Under the pieces are notes generated by a model. The model saw only the letters and a program-made list of their open reading frames with translations. It did not search any database and was not told the DNA's origin. DNA of 58,118 nucleotides, filler included, from Sphacelaria rigidula (taxonomy: Eukaryota), in NCBI GenBank assembly GCA_964200075.2. It is 9 parts of 9 records of this genome, joined end to end, with 100 filler letters (N's around TTAATTAATTAA, not from the genome) between each part and the next. Parts side by side here need not be neighbours in the genome. Positions count along the whole stretch, not along the records: positions 1 to 6,369 come from CAXNAA020020487.1; positions 6,470 to 12,838 come from CAXNAA020020488.1; positions 12,939 to 19,307 come from CAXNAA020020489.1; 6 more parts are not named here. One strand, 5' to 3'. Both the position numbers and the translations under genes were made by a program. Below are positions 1-16,102 of the stretch, in pieces. How positions within the stretch are numbered: position 1 is the stretch's first letter; each line of letters opens with the position of its first letter.

Positions 1-609
1 GCCTTGTTGTGTCTTGTCTGCAGCATTACACAGACCTTGGACCTACTTGGACTATCGACCACTTCCAGACCCGCCGAATTTCTCAACCTGCGTGCAGATC
101 TGGGTTCTAATCTGTACAAAACCGCTTATCGATTGGACTGGGGACTGGTAGTTATGAAGCCAATCCCTTGTTAAAGTGGATTGTGAAAAAGGGGAATCCT
201 CTTCGTTCAAAAGAGCCCTAACAGCTCTAGCACTCTCTCTCCTTGACGCCGGCGGCTCAGATGCCGCCAAAGAAGGCGAGTTCCATCGCTCTTCATTGAA
301 GGCGTCTGTCTCTTCTGTCCCTTTTCCATTACATTCCAATGTTAGAAAGGGTAGGAAAATTGGAAGCGCGATGCGAAGCAGAGCGATCTATTTCACAAGA
401 ACAAATTACATTGATATGTCCCTCCTGCTGTGTCAGGGGGTCATATAACCGCGCATAGGATCTAATATCATGCCATTGGCCTCTATGGGGCGCCCTCAAC
501 TCCTGTGGAGGGTTTGCTCATGCCCTCCGCCTCCTACGGGATGTAGGGGGTCGATATCCCGCTGGAGTCTTGGCTCCCCTTCCGCCTCCAGAGTATTGTC
601 CACCACTCG

Positions 610-1050
610 CCCTTCTAGAGGGATGTTTGTCTGTATCTCTAGAGGGAACTGGAAGTGATGCCCCCTCCGCAACCTACCCGCCTGGAGGTTCGCCTTTTTC
701 GCTCCGTCCCTCCAGAGTGACTCCGTGGATACCCTTTGGAGGGAACAGGGGTGATGCCCTCCCCTCAGAGGGAGGCGAAACTGACGATTCTGGATGCTCG
801 CCGTCTCTTGAGAGTGCCTCCGTAGATACCCTCTTTAGGGAATAGGGGGGATGTCTTCCCTCCAGAGGGCAGCAAAGCCTGCCATTGTGGAGGCTTTCCG
901 TCCCTCCAGAGGGACTCCATGGATGCCCTCTGGACGGTACAGGGGGAAAGTTGTCCCTCCCGAGGGACTCCGTGGATGCTCTCTGGATGGTACCGGGGGA
1001 AAGTCGTCCCTCCAGAGGAACTCCGTGTATGCCCTCTGGATGGTACAGGG
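610..1050. repeat. Degenerate minisatellite built from CCCTC(CA/TG)GAGGG dyads, left block
   Basis: About 12 copies of the palindromic 12-mer with recurring linkers (actccgtggatg; acagggggaaagtcgt; cagcgaaa...ggaggctcgccgt), forming ~52 and ~97 bp higher-order units. Confidence 0.8.
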
Positions 1051-1185
1051 TAATCGAATATACTCACACTCACATATGATATACATGGTTGATTGGAGTT
1101 ACCTGGAGTTATTTGTACCTCGGCTGAGGATTGGGTATGTACCTCGGTTGAGGATCGGGTATAAACGGTCAATAAGTGCAGGTAC

Positions 1186-1509
1186 TGTTTGCGACGGTTA
1201 AATTCGGTGGAAAATGAGAATATATCTGATGCGACACATGATAATTCGTGGTATAGGCACGGTCACTTCTGGTGTGTCGCAACAACCAGGCTTATGGTAC
1301 TTTATGTGCCATGTAAGATGGTGTGTGACGCAGTTATAGGATGTGTGGTTGTGTTGGGCTCGTGTGATTGATGGCTGGGAAGGGAGATTGGTTTTCTCGA
1401 CTTGTGCGGTTGGGTTTCCCCACAGTATTCCGTTGTGTTCGCCCCAGTTCGTTCCTGTCTGTTCCAGTTCGTCAATATATAATATGCATCAATGAATAAA
1501 TATACATCA
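1186..1509 (+). mobile_element. Putative LTR (TG...CA) at the 3' end of a retroelement fragment inserted in the dyad array
   Basis: Starts tgtttgcg and ends aataaatatacatca with AATAAA near the end; no TSD or partner LTR seen. Confidence 0.3.
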
Positions 1510-1599
1510 AGGATTCTGCCCAAGGGCTTCTACCCGATTGACCCCCTCTGCGCCATCGTGGAGGTCCTCCTGGACTGCCTGGATTTACGTGCATTCAAT

Positions 1600-1751
1600 T
1601 ACAGGGGGGAAGTCGTCCCTCCTGAGGGCAGCGAAATTTATCATTCCGGAGGCTCGCCGTCCCTCCAGAGGGATACCGTGGATGCCCTCTGGAGGGAACA
1701 GGGGGGTTGTCCTTCCTCCAGAGGGCAAATAAAACTACTATTCTAGAGGGA
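1600..1751. repeat. CCCTC-NN-GAGGG dyad minisatellite, right block
   Basis: Same units and linkers as 610-1050, resuming after a ~550 bp interruption. Confidence 0.75.
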
Positions 1752-1779
1752 CGAAGAGATGAGCCAAATGGCCGCGTGT

Positions 1780-2940
1780 GGTGCGGGTGGTGAGCACCAA
1801 CCACTCTCCACGGACCAGTCCACGTCGCCATCAACTTGGGCGTAAAGCCCGGACGATACACGCGTCCATACAAGACATAGTCGCCTACCTCAATATTCGG
1901 CAGTTCCTACCCCGACGAGGACCCCTCACGTCTACGCGCACGTTCAGCGGTAACACGCTCCTGCACTTGACCGTGGAAACGCTCTTGCAAGTACAAGACT
2001 CCTCGCATCGCATGCTTAATTTGAACATCATCGAAGACATCACAACTCCATTCCCCCACCGACGAAGACGCCAACACCGAGAAAGACGTCCGAGGAGCAC
2101 GACCAAACATCACGTGGTACGGCGTACTATCGTAACGACGACGATACGCTGTATTGAGCGCCCATTGCACCGCAGGCAACACGTCCACCCACTCGGAAAC
2201 CGCTCCACGCTGCTCGAGAAGAATAGAGCGAACAGCACGAACTACTCCCTTGACCATGCGTTCGCACGTACCGTTAGACCACGGAGAATACGCCACCGCA
2301 AGCTGGTGATCAACGTCCAAAACCTCTCGCAATCGGGCCAAGATCGCATTCTTGAAATGCGTGGCGGTATCACTCACCCACACACGCGGCACCCCCAAAG
2401 TTTGCACCAATTTAGCAAAGATGCAGCAGTCAGTTCAGCAGTACACACCGCTACTGATTCCATAGACACGAAGTTGCTCAAATCATCCATGATTACAAAA
2501 ATGCATCGAAACCTAGCATCCTCCAACAAACCTCGGGAAGCTAGCAGGCCACTCTCGCCGGCGTACAAGAAGTCAAAATGTACGACTTCTTTCGGCATGG
2601 CCCCATGGATCGTTTCACCAAGCGGGCGAGGAACAACATCGCCCGCCCTCGAGTCAGCACAGTGAAGAAGACACTGGCGGACAATTTCGCGCACATGAGT
2701 TTCTATTCCCTGCCAAACATAAAACTTTTGTAAGCGCACGAGCGTCGCCGCCACACCACGATGCCCGGCGTCGCGCATGTGCACGCAAATCACCAGACGT
2801 ACCTGCAACTGCTGGTCGGAACTCGGAATACGCAACATGGTTCGGACACGCTCATGCACACAAAACAGACCTTCATCGTCCAAGATAGCAGTACCAACAT
2901 CCGACTCGAAAGATGGCACATCCGCATCGTCGGCCCCCAA
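1780..2940 (-). pseudogene. Gypsy integrase (zinc-binding domain plus rve core), frameshifted
   Basis: ORFs 2374-2940 and 1907-2410 overlap in different frames; the D, D and E motifs are recognisable. Confidence 0.88.
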
Positions 2941-3334
2941 TTATTTCCGTTACGCTTGGCGGAGAACAGATTTGGACGGCATCGAGGCATCAGGTTCACA
3001 CGGACCATACACAGCCACAGCGCGCACAGGCAAGACCGGAATATTCACCCAACGCGAAAGCAAGTCACCCCACGCGTTACGGTCACCCCAAATGTGGCAA
3101 CTCGAGTAGCGATATTGGCCAAGATCACCTTTCCAACCCTCCAAACGTTGTGCCAACGCCTTCGACACATACGCATTGCACGTTTCCGGGTTGAAAATCT
3201 ACACGAGATTCCGGCGATCCGTGAAAATATGCACGCCATCCCACAAAAGATGCTCCAAACGACGAAAAGTGCCCCCGATAGCAAATCCTCCCTTGTCAAT
3301 TATGGCCCAACGCAACTGCAAACCCTTGAAGCTA

Positions 3335-3815
3335 TGTTCCGGATTTATCGATTATGGTCCAGTCGAGTAGATTCCATGTGCCATACTCTTGCGTTGTCCA
3401 GCCCGACAAGTCATGGGCCATTCTGGATCTGGTTGATTTCGAGAGTACCCCCACTTGGCCACAGTCTTTTGGGAACTCATCTCAACGCACACGTAGCAGC
3501 TATCAGCCGGTTGCCAATAATACAAGAAGCATCAACACTATCTCGGACTGCTATCTCAGAGGAGCCTTTGGCCTTCACAAAATGTAAGCCTGACCTTCAT
3601 GCAACACATGTTGTGCTGCAGCCCGCACTGCACGCATTTTATGGGTCTTGTCTCCGGCGTGAACCTTGGGCATTGCGCCTGGTCATTGGTGTGTGGGTTG
3701 ACTCCCACCTAGTAAATCGAGCTCAATGGCTTCGATACTAATGATTGTGTTTGAGCAGCTAGCCTGGTGCCCACTGAACTGGCACCATTCCCAGCTAGAG
3801 TATCGAGCCGTGACA
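3335..3815. mobile_element. Solo LTR inserted in the Gypsy RNase H
   Basis: TG...CA termini flanked by a GCTA duplication (3331-3334 / 3816-3819); removing it together with the adjacent MITE restores the host frame FLSGSFK. Confidence 0.75.
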
Positions 3816-3824
3816 GCTACCACT

Positions 3825-4268
3825 AACACGGGATCTTACGAATTGGGGATGGATCTCTTATTGGGGATAAGAAAGCCGGAGAATCAAAATCTTTGTATCC
3901 ACACCTAATCTTCGAAATATGGTTATATTTCTTCATCTACTGATAGCTATTGGCAACTGTTACACGCCATAAAAAGTTGGATATCGAACGCCGAAATATT
4001 GGGGTCCTAGGTGAAAAAACAATTTCGGAACAAGTTTGGCGTCCGTTCGAACACCCGGAATACCTCAAAATTGGGTTTTCACCTAGGACCCCAACATTTC
4101 GGTGATCGAAATCCATTTTCCTATGGCATGTAGCAGTTGTCAATAGCTATCAGTAGGTGAAGAGATGGAACCATATTTCAAAGATTTAGTGTGGATGCGA
4201 AGATTTTTATTCTCCGGGTTTCTCATCCCCGATAAAAGATCCATCCCCAATTTGTAAGATCCCGTGTT
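3825..4268. mobile_element. Foldback MITE (family F1), ~190 bp imperfect TIRs
   Basis: aacacgggatcttacgaattgggg...ccccaatttgtaagatcccgtgtt; related copies at 22651-23054 and 53064-53494. Confidence 0.88.
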
Positions 4269-4984
4269 GACTGAGGAAAGCCAGTGGTTTACTCGTCATA
4301 TCCTCGACCGGCAAGCGTCGTTGCATTTCAAGTTCGGACACCTGCGTGACAAAACTAGCCCAATGGCACCCAGATGCATCCGGAAACATCAACACCTGAC
4401 AACCAGGACGAGGATTGAACAGCGTCACGGCATGAGCCACTAGATCCTTCGCTACCACCCACGCCTGTAGCCTGCCCTCCGTCCCAGACGAAGGTGGAAT
4501 GGCGCGGTTTTTTGCCGTACGCTTCGTCCGCCTCGTAGCACCCGCCATGCGTTCTTCGAAGAGAAAACGTGAGAGAGCTATGATTTCTGCCATACGCGGC
4601 AACGAGGTATGCAGCCAATTCACGGCCTGAAGGAGTTGCAATAGTTCTGCTGCCGTCTGCGGCCGTCTCCGGGCGCCGCATGTCAAACAAGCCTTGCAAT
4701 CTGACAGGGTCATGATATACGCGTCCGTGTGGGTACAGTTTCCCACACCACACGAGTTCACTAACGAAAAAAGTACACTTGTGCGCAGCCACATACAAAT
4801 CAACACCCTCTGAATAAGCACTCAACAGATCAAGCATGTCCGACTCTTTGTTGGACATCACACCCAGCGACTCCTCAACCTGCTCCTTCACAGCCTTGTA
4901 GTCGCTTACCAGGCGAAACGAATCCTTTTTTGGAACCGCCATAGCTGGACTGAACTACACCACCTGCAAGTTCCGGAACACTAA

Positions 4985-5284
4985 TAACGACGTTTTCGTG
5001 AAATTGAGAGTTGAAGGTATGATTGAGAGTGAAAAATGTTCAATTAGTGAATAAGCCGTTTCAGTTCTCAAATTCACCTCCACCAGGCCCAATATTCTCT
5101 CTGTAGTAGCTTGCCACTGATGCCCTCGGTACCCCTGAGTAGGATATCAACGTGTAGCTGTAAGCACCTAGCAGTGATGAGACGAAGAAAAGCACACACA
5201 GAATGACAAATTGGCCAAGTTAAAGCCAATGATCAAAGTCACTCTCAACCAGCATATTACTCTCAATCTCACGAAAACCTTGTT
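4985..5284. mobile_element. MITE (family F2) inserted in the Gypsy RT
   Basis: TIR aac..gttttcgtgaRattgagagt / actctcaatctcacgaaaac..gtt; TAA duplicated at 4982-4984 and 5285-5287; removal restores GLVFRN; partial copy at 25709-25776. Confidence 0.8.
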
Positions 5285-6369
5285 TAACCCGGGCGCCGAA
5301 AGAGCCGCCATGCACGACGCCATCCGACTCGACTTCACCGGATCGTACCGCCGCGGCTTCGTCTTCACCGCGGACGCCACAGGTTTTAGCTGAACACGCA
5401 TGGGCTCCACGCGCGTAGGGGGATCACCCCGCAGCGCACGACAAAACGCGTTGACGCGGCGGTATAAGATGCCGCGCAGGCGCTCCGCGTTTGAGACGCT
5501 GAGGCCTTTCGCCACAGCATCCGTTACGCTCTCCTCCATCGCGACCTTCCGAGCGAAGTCCTCCTCCGCCACATCCATAAACATCTCCGAGCTACGCTCC
5601 ACCAAGCGCTCCACCGTCTCATCCCGCTCCCCGGTCAACTGCCCCCCAGCCTCCTGAGAAGCATCCACCGACAAGCTCACCCGACGACTGCCCAAAAAGG
5701 CGGGCGTCTCCACGTGCGGACCAGCCGAAGACATCCGCGTCTTGATGGAGTCCCATAACCGCTCATAGGGATCGACTTCAAGATCCTGAAGCGCCAGTAA
5801 CCCCAGAAGAATGACGCCATCCGACCCCGGCATGATCGCAAACGAGATCGGAGGCAACGGCGCCGGCCCACAGACCTCTACAATCTGCACCAATCAACTA
5901 GTGATTTGGGCGCCAGAATCCAACACAGCCCGAACCGCAATGGCTTCACGCTCCCGTTAATTTGGAAGACACAGCTCCGCAGGAACGTACTTGTCCGCAA
6001 ACTCCGTGACACTTCATCCGCCGATCGATGCGCCGCTGATCCCACCTGGCGCCACGGCTGCGCAAGCTGCGCAGGCGAAGACGACCGGGTAAGTTCAAAC
6101 GGCACCGCCGACGTGTACGGCCCTCAGCCAACAGACCAAGAAGTTTTGGCGAAATTCGGACCAGCGCACTAGCAGGTGTCGCGCCTGGAGCTGCTGTCGG
6201 CGTCGCCACCGGCACCACCACCGGCGCCGGCGTAGTGTTCGACGCTGGCACAGTGTTCGATGCTGTAGAAGTGGGTCCTACCTGCACCGCCCGTTGCGAA
6301 GCAGCAGTAGCTACGGTGTCGCCGGACCCAGAACCAGACCGAGTCATCCTACGATAGGGGGGGGGGTAT

Positions 6370-6469
6370 NNNNNNNNNNNNNNNNNNNNNNNNNNNNNNN
6401 NNNNNNNNNNNNNTTAATTAATTAANNNNNNNNNNNNNNNNNNNNNNNNNNNNNNNNNNNNNNNNNNNN
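6370..6469. other. Artificial scaffold spacer
   Basis: 100 nt of N with central TTAATTAATTAA (stops in all six frames). Confidence 0.97.
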
Positions 6470-6509
6470 TGGTTTTTTTTTTTACGAAGGGGGTGGCGGG
6501 TTTCAAGGT

Positions 6510-6592
6510 GTAACCGCCAAGGGAGTCCAACCCCATCGGGGGTCCGCCCCTACAAAGCCGGGACGGAGCACGCCGGGTTCTCGCCGGACCAT
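6510..6592 (+). repeat. Dispersed repeat (ccaaccccatcgggggtccgcccctacaaagccgggacggagcacgccgggttctcgccggacca)
   Basis: Near-identical inverted copy at ~55688-55755; partial copies at ~25060-25102 and ~56162-56187. Confidence 0.75.
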
Positions 6593-7832
6593 CCTCTGTG
6601 AGGGGGGGGGGGGATAGACCTGTGAATAGCACCCGTTACAGGTACGATGCAACGCACAAAACAAATAAGTCACCATGTGTGTGAATGATGAGGTAGGTAC
6701 ATGTGGCCGACTACTTTCGTTCAGAAGACAAGATCACATTCGAAAAACGAGGGCCGTACTGGAGTGTTGAGATTCACATCACTTGCACTATGGAACATAA
6801 TCTGAAACTGAAAAGATGTTCAGTCTTCGCCGGAGATGGGCTCAGTGTTCAATTAATTCTCCGACGATACCGCGCATGTAGAGAGCATAGCAGACCCTTT
6901 GGAACATGACTTACATGGGAAGAGACCTCGGGTTACAGGTTCGGAGAGTGGAGGCGCATTCTAAGTGATCCCTGTATCATCGTGATGACTAAATAGGCAC
7001 ACTTCCTTTTTGATTTCAACCCATGGCGTTTAATTCCTTGTGCTACAGGTCAGTTGGCGTGGTGCATTACCCGAGGGAACTGAAGCACTTTCTCAACGCT
7101 GATAGAATTTGCAATACGAGATTTCCGTGAAGATCGGACACACAACTTTTGCGGGTAACCTGGCACTTGAGTTTCTTGTGTGATTTCAAATGATGGTTCA
7201 GAAGTGTTACTTCAATCTCTCAAGTGTGTCGTTCGAAATTCTCCGACTTGAGAGTTTGTGGTGACACTGCTGCGCTGTAATGCTGGAAAATATCAAAATA
7301 GGCGGTGCGCAGCACAGTGCAGTCCGGTCTGTATTGCGAAGGGAAAGAAGTTTGGCAAGTCTGATTACGCCATCTCAACCAATCTGCGAAGAAATTTTGT
7401 CGAACCTATGTCGCCGTTGCTGGTGCAGAGAATCGATTGGAACGGGCATCCTAACCACCTAATCTAACTACCTAACCCGGAATCATCGAGAGTTACCACG
7501 GGATGCCCGGTCCGTCAGTGTCTGAACCATGACATTTCTCACATTTTCTCATCCCAGATTAAACATTCCAGATAAAACCTGTAGCCGTCTCCTGCTTTCT
7601 GTGGAGAAAACACCTCAACCATCTTGCCACCGAGATATTCGTCACAGTACGAGAAAAACGTGTGGAGCCACCTTTACGTAAACAGCAAAGGTCCAAGTGC
7701 AACACTGCATATTGTATTGTTCACAGACTTCGACCCGTGTCTCCATGCAATCCAGATCAAGCTCCGAGTTAGGTGAGTCATTGAAAGATTGCGGCTGACC
7801 TACCGCTTCATTCTCGTCTTTCTACGTGTTAG

Positions 7833-12375
<4,543 letters not shown>

Positions 12376-12838
12376 GAAAGCATGCGTCGTGCACAGTTGC
12401 TGTTCGAGACGTGACCACTCCCGGAAGATGAAAGCAGCGGCGATCACCTTGTCGTGTTTTTTCGTACTGTAAGTTATCAGCGCATGACAAGATAAGGACG
12501 CTTCCGCTAAGAAAGTGGGTAAATGGCACGTGGGGGTCGAGAAGGGCGCGGAGGAGTTGGAGAGGGCGTGGTGACGCGTAGAACTCCGCCAATCCAATCC
12601 ACGTCACAACCCAAGGGCTGTTGTACTTTGGCGAAAGGAGAACCGCTATCTTTGGCACAATAACAGCAACAATCGGCGAGGAAGTCAAGATAGAAATCGT
12701 CGAGCAAGTGGCCCCGCTTTGCTCCTGACAACGTAGAGGTTAATAGGGAATTAGGAAGTGGGGAGGGGGGGGGGGGGGGAGCCCGGACAACAAATACTCC
12801 TGTCTTGTCCTCTCGGTGCTTTAGGGCCTTCCTTCTAT

Positions 12839-12938
12839 NNNNNNNNNNNNNNNNNNNNNNNNNNNNNNNNNNNNNNNNNNNNTTAATTAATTAANNNNNN
12901 NNNNNNNNNNNNNNNNNNNNNNNNNNNNNNNNNNNNNN
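12839..12938. other. Artificial scaffold spacer
   Basis: N-TTAATTAATTAA-N, 100 nt. Confidence 0.97.
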
Positions 12939-12959
12939 ACCCTGCTTGCGACTTTTCCT

Positions 12960-13515
12960 GTGCACCCCCCCCCCCCCCCCCCCCCCGAGTTCAAAGCTAA
13001 AGTCCCCAACATGTTGAACATGAAGGGGGGGTGGAAGGAGGACCCTGGGCTTGTGTTTAACACGGCTCGGGAAGCAGCGGAGGCATGGAAGACGGTGAAA
13101 GCGGCGGATAAGCAGCGCGGTCAGCAGCCGCAGCTGAAACAAAGGAGTGGCAGCGGGACTTCCGGAAGCAAGCGCCAACCAACTGGTGGAAAAACGGCGA
13201 GCAGTGGAAATGGGACTGCCAGTTCCGGGAAAACCCGCAAACCAGGCTCAAACTATGCAGGATGTTTCATATGTGGAGACAAGGGCCATTTCCGGAAGGG
13301 TTACAAGCAGCAAGGCCAGGCTGCTCCTACACAACGTAGTGACGGTGGGCAGTCGAAGGCTGGCGACAGGCAGCAGCAACAACAGCAGCTGTCGCAGGGC
13401 CCTGGACAGGTGCCTCGCGGAGGGGGCACGAGTTCCGCCCCTACAAGGGCTGTCTTTTCAGCCAATGGACAAAGTGCTCCCAGCGGGGGGGCGACGTTGC
13501 CACCAGAACCGGTCG
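12960..13515 (+). pseudogene. Retrotransposon gag C-terminal fragment with degenerate zinc knuckle
   Basis: CFICGDKGHF (C-x2-C-x4-H, last Cys lost) within G/S/Q-rich low complexity sequence. Confidence 0.6.
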
Positions 13516-13538
13516 CTTCTACTGGTTCTTCAAAGAAA

Positions 13539-13623
13539 GTGCGTCCGACGGGAATCGAACCAGCGGCTAGCTTTTGTGACGGTTTAAGAGACAACCAACT
13601 AGACTACTGACCAGTCAGCGCTG
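13539..13623 (-). mobile_element. tRNA-derived SINE-like head with Pol III A and B boxes
   Basis: Minus strand reads TAGTCTAGTTGG (A box, 13595-13606) and GGTTCGATTCC (B box, 13551-13561); I could not build a canonical cloverleaf. Confidence 0.65.
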
Positions 13624-13673
13624 TCAGCGCTGACTGGTCAGTAGTCTAGTTGGTTGTCTCTTAAACCGTCACA
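13575..13673. repeat. Perfect palindrome, 49-bp arms with a 1-nt spacer
   Basis: 13575-13623 is the exact reverse complement of 13625-13673. Confidence 0.97.
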
Positions 13674-13679
13674 GACTGG

Positions 13680-16102
13680 TGATGGGGCGGCGGTCGCGAT
13701 TCGAGCGAGTGGTGCCGCGTGTGTGTTCGAGTATTGGCGGGAAGGGCGATTAGGTGTACGGTAATCGCGCGTGCATTTTTGCCATCGGCGCCATGCTGAC
13801 CCGCTGTCTTGTAGTTCAGGGTTCATCAGCTGGAAAGTGCCAGTACAAACTTCATCGCAGTTACGCATACTATGATCATGATCATTACAGTTGATGCATG
13901 TGTTAGCGTGGCGGCGGAAAGCGTCCTTGCGAGCCGAAGGCGAAAGCAAAGAACTCCACAAGTGTGGGTCATCGGTGATGAAGGCGGTGGTAAAAACCAT
14001 GTATACATCGTCCCAAGTTTCCGTAGAATAAGGCAAAAATCAAAGCTGAACGAAAGGGATTTTTTGGACTCCTAACATCCATGACTGACACTCCAACAGG
14101 GTTGGGTGTTTACGTAGTACCAGACGAAGTCTGATGCCGTCCATGAGACCCAGTGGCGTTCGCGGATGGGGCAGTGAAAGACTGCGAAGGCCCGAAAGAA
14201 TAGGGGGAGCCACGGATGGAAGGCGTCAGATTACTCTCCTGATTGATGAATGCAGTCTGTATTGCGTCTGCAGAGGCGTAGGGCACGGGCACCTTTTTGT
14301 GTGCTAAGGCACCTGGAAACGAATACAGCATCAAAGTAGGAAACTGTTGAGCAATGCTATTCCGAAGATACGTCTGACACATGGCAACGCTTGGCCCGTG
14401 TTGACGGCCAGTACCAGTGGTGCGGGAAACCAAAAGCTTCAACTCGCGCAGGTATTCTACGAAAGGAATATTCGATGCTACCGCAAAGGAACTATGACGC
14501 TTGATTGCGCCTGCCTGATCACTCGTATCAAAGTAGCTTATGATACGTCTCTCCAAATCAGCGAACGTTGTTGGCGCTGCGTTTCCGAGAGCACGATCCG
14601 GATCCATCGCTGCGACGAAGGTGTCGATGATCTAAGTCAAGGGAGCGGCGGCATTGAGCGAGCGGCGGCTGATGGAACCGTGCAGTGCTTGATGCAATGG
14701 GGTCTGCATCCAGTCAGGGCTCTCAAACTGTTGTTGTTCGGTGACATCTGCTAATTCGGGGATATTTTTCATCGTACCTCGGATGGATGAAATGAGGCCT
14801 GCGGTGAATTGGCCAGAGTCTTGATTGTCAGCAGTAGGCATGGATTTATATGCCAAAGTTTCTTGACATTTACCTGCAAATGTTAGCGCTTAATGTCTGC
14901 TACGAAAGATTACTCTTTACGAGAAACAACAGGAATTTTCTGGACATCGACTTGTTGCTTGGCGACGACCGCAGCAGCCAAAGATCTAGCCGAAGTAAAA
15001 GACAATGGACGATCTGAGCTGTCACTACCAGAAATACCTAAGAGACGTCCAGACACGTCTGCTAAGTGGGGTGTAACCCACCTGGCGACAGCCGAAGGCC
15101 GAATCGATGTCCGTTCCGGGTGGTTTCAAAATTCGCTCGACAAAGGGCTTGACGAACTATCCCCATTCCGCTTGCGGTTGTTGCCGCGAGTGCTGCGACG
15201 GTTGTTGCGGGGGTTGCTGTTACGGCGGCGGTCGGAACGGGTCGGTTGAGGACCCACCACCACGACGACGGGAATCATCGCCAGCATCATCGTCATCAAA
15301 GCCGTCGTCGTCATCCCGGCGGCAGGTCGACCGTGGGGTAACCCAGTCGTTGGGGTCGGGTGCCGGGGCGGTGTCACAAGCGGCACGTAACGCCGTGAGG
15401 ACGGAGAGTACGGTATTCTCGTATTCCTCCTGGTTGGGACCACTGTCGATGGTGAAGTAGAGGACGAGCTGGCCGAGGGAAAGCCGGCCTGGGCCATTGT
15501 CTGGCAGGGTCCCACCTTAATGAAGGAACGGAACCACAACGCTATTTATGGGCAGAGTAAGTGAGAACCATACCGCATGAGAGCAGCGAAGCGCATTGCG
15601 TGGGTTATGAGGCTCAGAAAGGTCACTGATGGTCAATGACAGCCACGGCCGCTCATGATCGTGAAGGTTCAGCCTCCGCAATGCAGTAGAGGGTGGCGAT
15701 ACAGTAGCAGCGGCCCGCGTGACGAAGTATGGGGCTGGGGCGGGTGTGGCCGGCGATGCCGGAGCATCCGCCGCAGCATCGTGAGACACTGGGGTCGCTT
15801 GGGTATGCGGTGTAGTTGTTACCCGCATCATTCCTGGTGGCCGGCGGTGGCGACGGCGGCGGCGGTCGAATAGGGGGAAGGTTGCGGTCGACCTCAAGGG
15901 AGTGTAGCTGTCGCTCCGCCGCGTCTGTAACGTCCGTATATGCAGGGAGGCGGCGTTCATCGTCGTCGATGAGGTCACGTACCGCGCAAGCTTCTATGCA
16001 GCGCTCGTCGTGAAGGGTTTTTCTCGCTGCTTCTTGATTGAAATGGTCACGGTTCACTACCGCCTGTTGTGCTCGAATTCTTGTCGAAGTGTCGTTTTCC
16101 AA
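13680..16102 (-). mobile_element. Degenerate gag-like region of an LTR or YR retrotransposon
   Basis: Co-oriented broken ORFs; capsid-like segment (TFADLERRIISYFD...FVEYLREL) followed by an intact knuckle CINCNDHDHSMRNC (C-x2-C-x4-H-x4-C). Confidence 0.65.

Larger units (their letters stand above)
1778..6347 (-). mobile_element. Degenerate Ty3/Gypsy LTR retrotransposon internal region (protease-RT-RNase H-integrase order)
   Basis: Minus-strand frameshifted ORFs: protease-like (AVLD.GA, ILLG..AL), RT (AVPKK..FRLV.DYK.V; KC.FF..ELVWCG), RNase H (MFPDAS..HWA; LAFLSGSFKG...WAIIDK; FTD.RNL), integrase zinc finger (H..AGHRG...C..C) and core (VHFDF, WVSDTATHF, YSPWSNGTCER, W.GPWRV). Confidence 0.92.

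Noticed and set aside
610..1751. CRISPR array
   Set aside because: Spacers recur, repeats are 12 bp and degenerate, no cas genes, eukaryotic context
1778..3741. Long plus-strand ORFs of 295 and 326 aa
   Set aside because: Antisense shadows of the Gypsy pol; the second reads through a solo LTR junction
7728..7772. Extra upstream GH1 exon (cag|...ag|gtgagt, phase-compatible)
   Set aside because: Peptide FDPCLHAIQIKLRV does not resemble the GH1 N-terminus; unsupported without transcripts
13539..13623. Functional tRNA gene
   Set aside because: A and B boxes are present but I could not form canonical acceptor and anticodon arms; better explained as a SINE head
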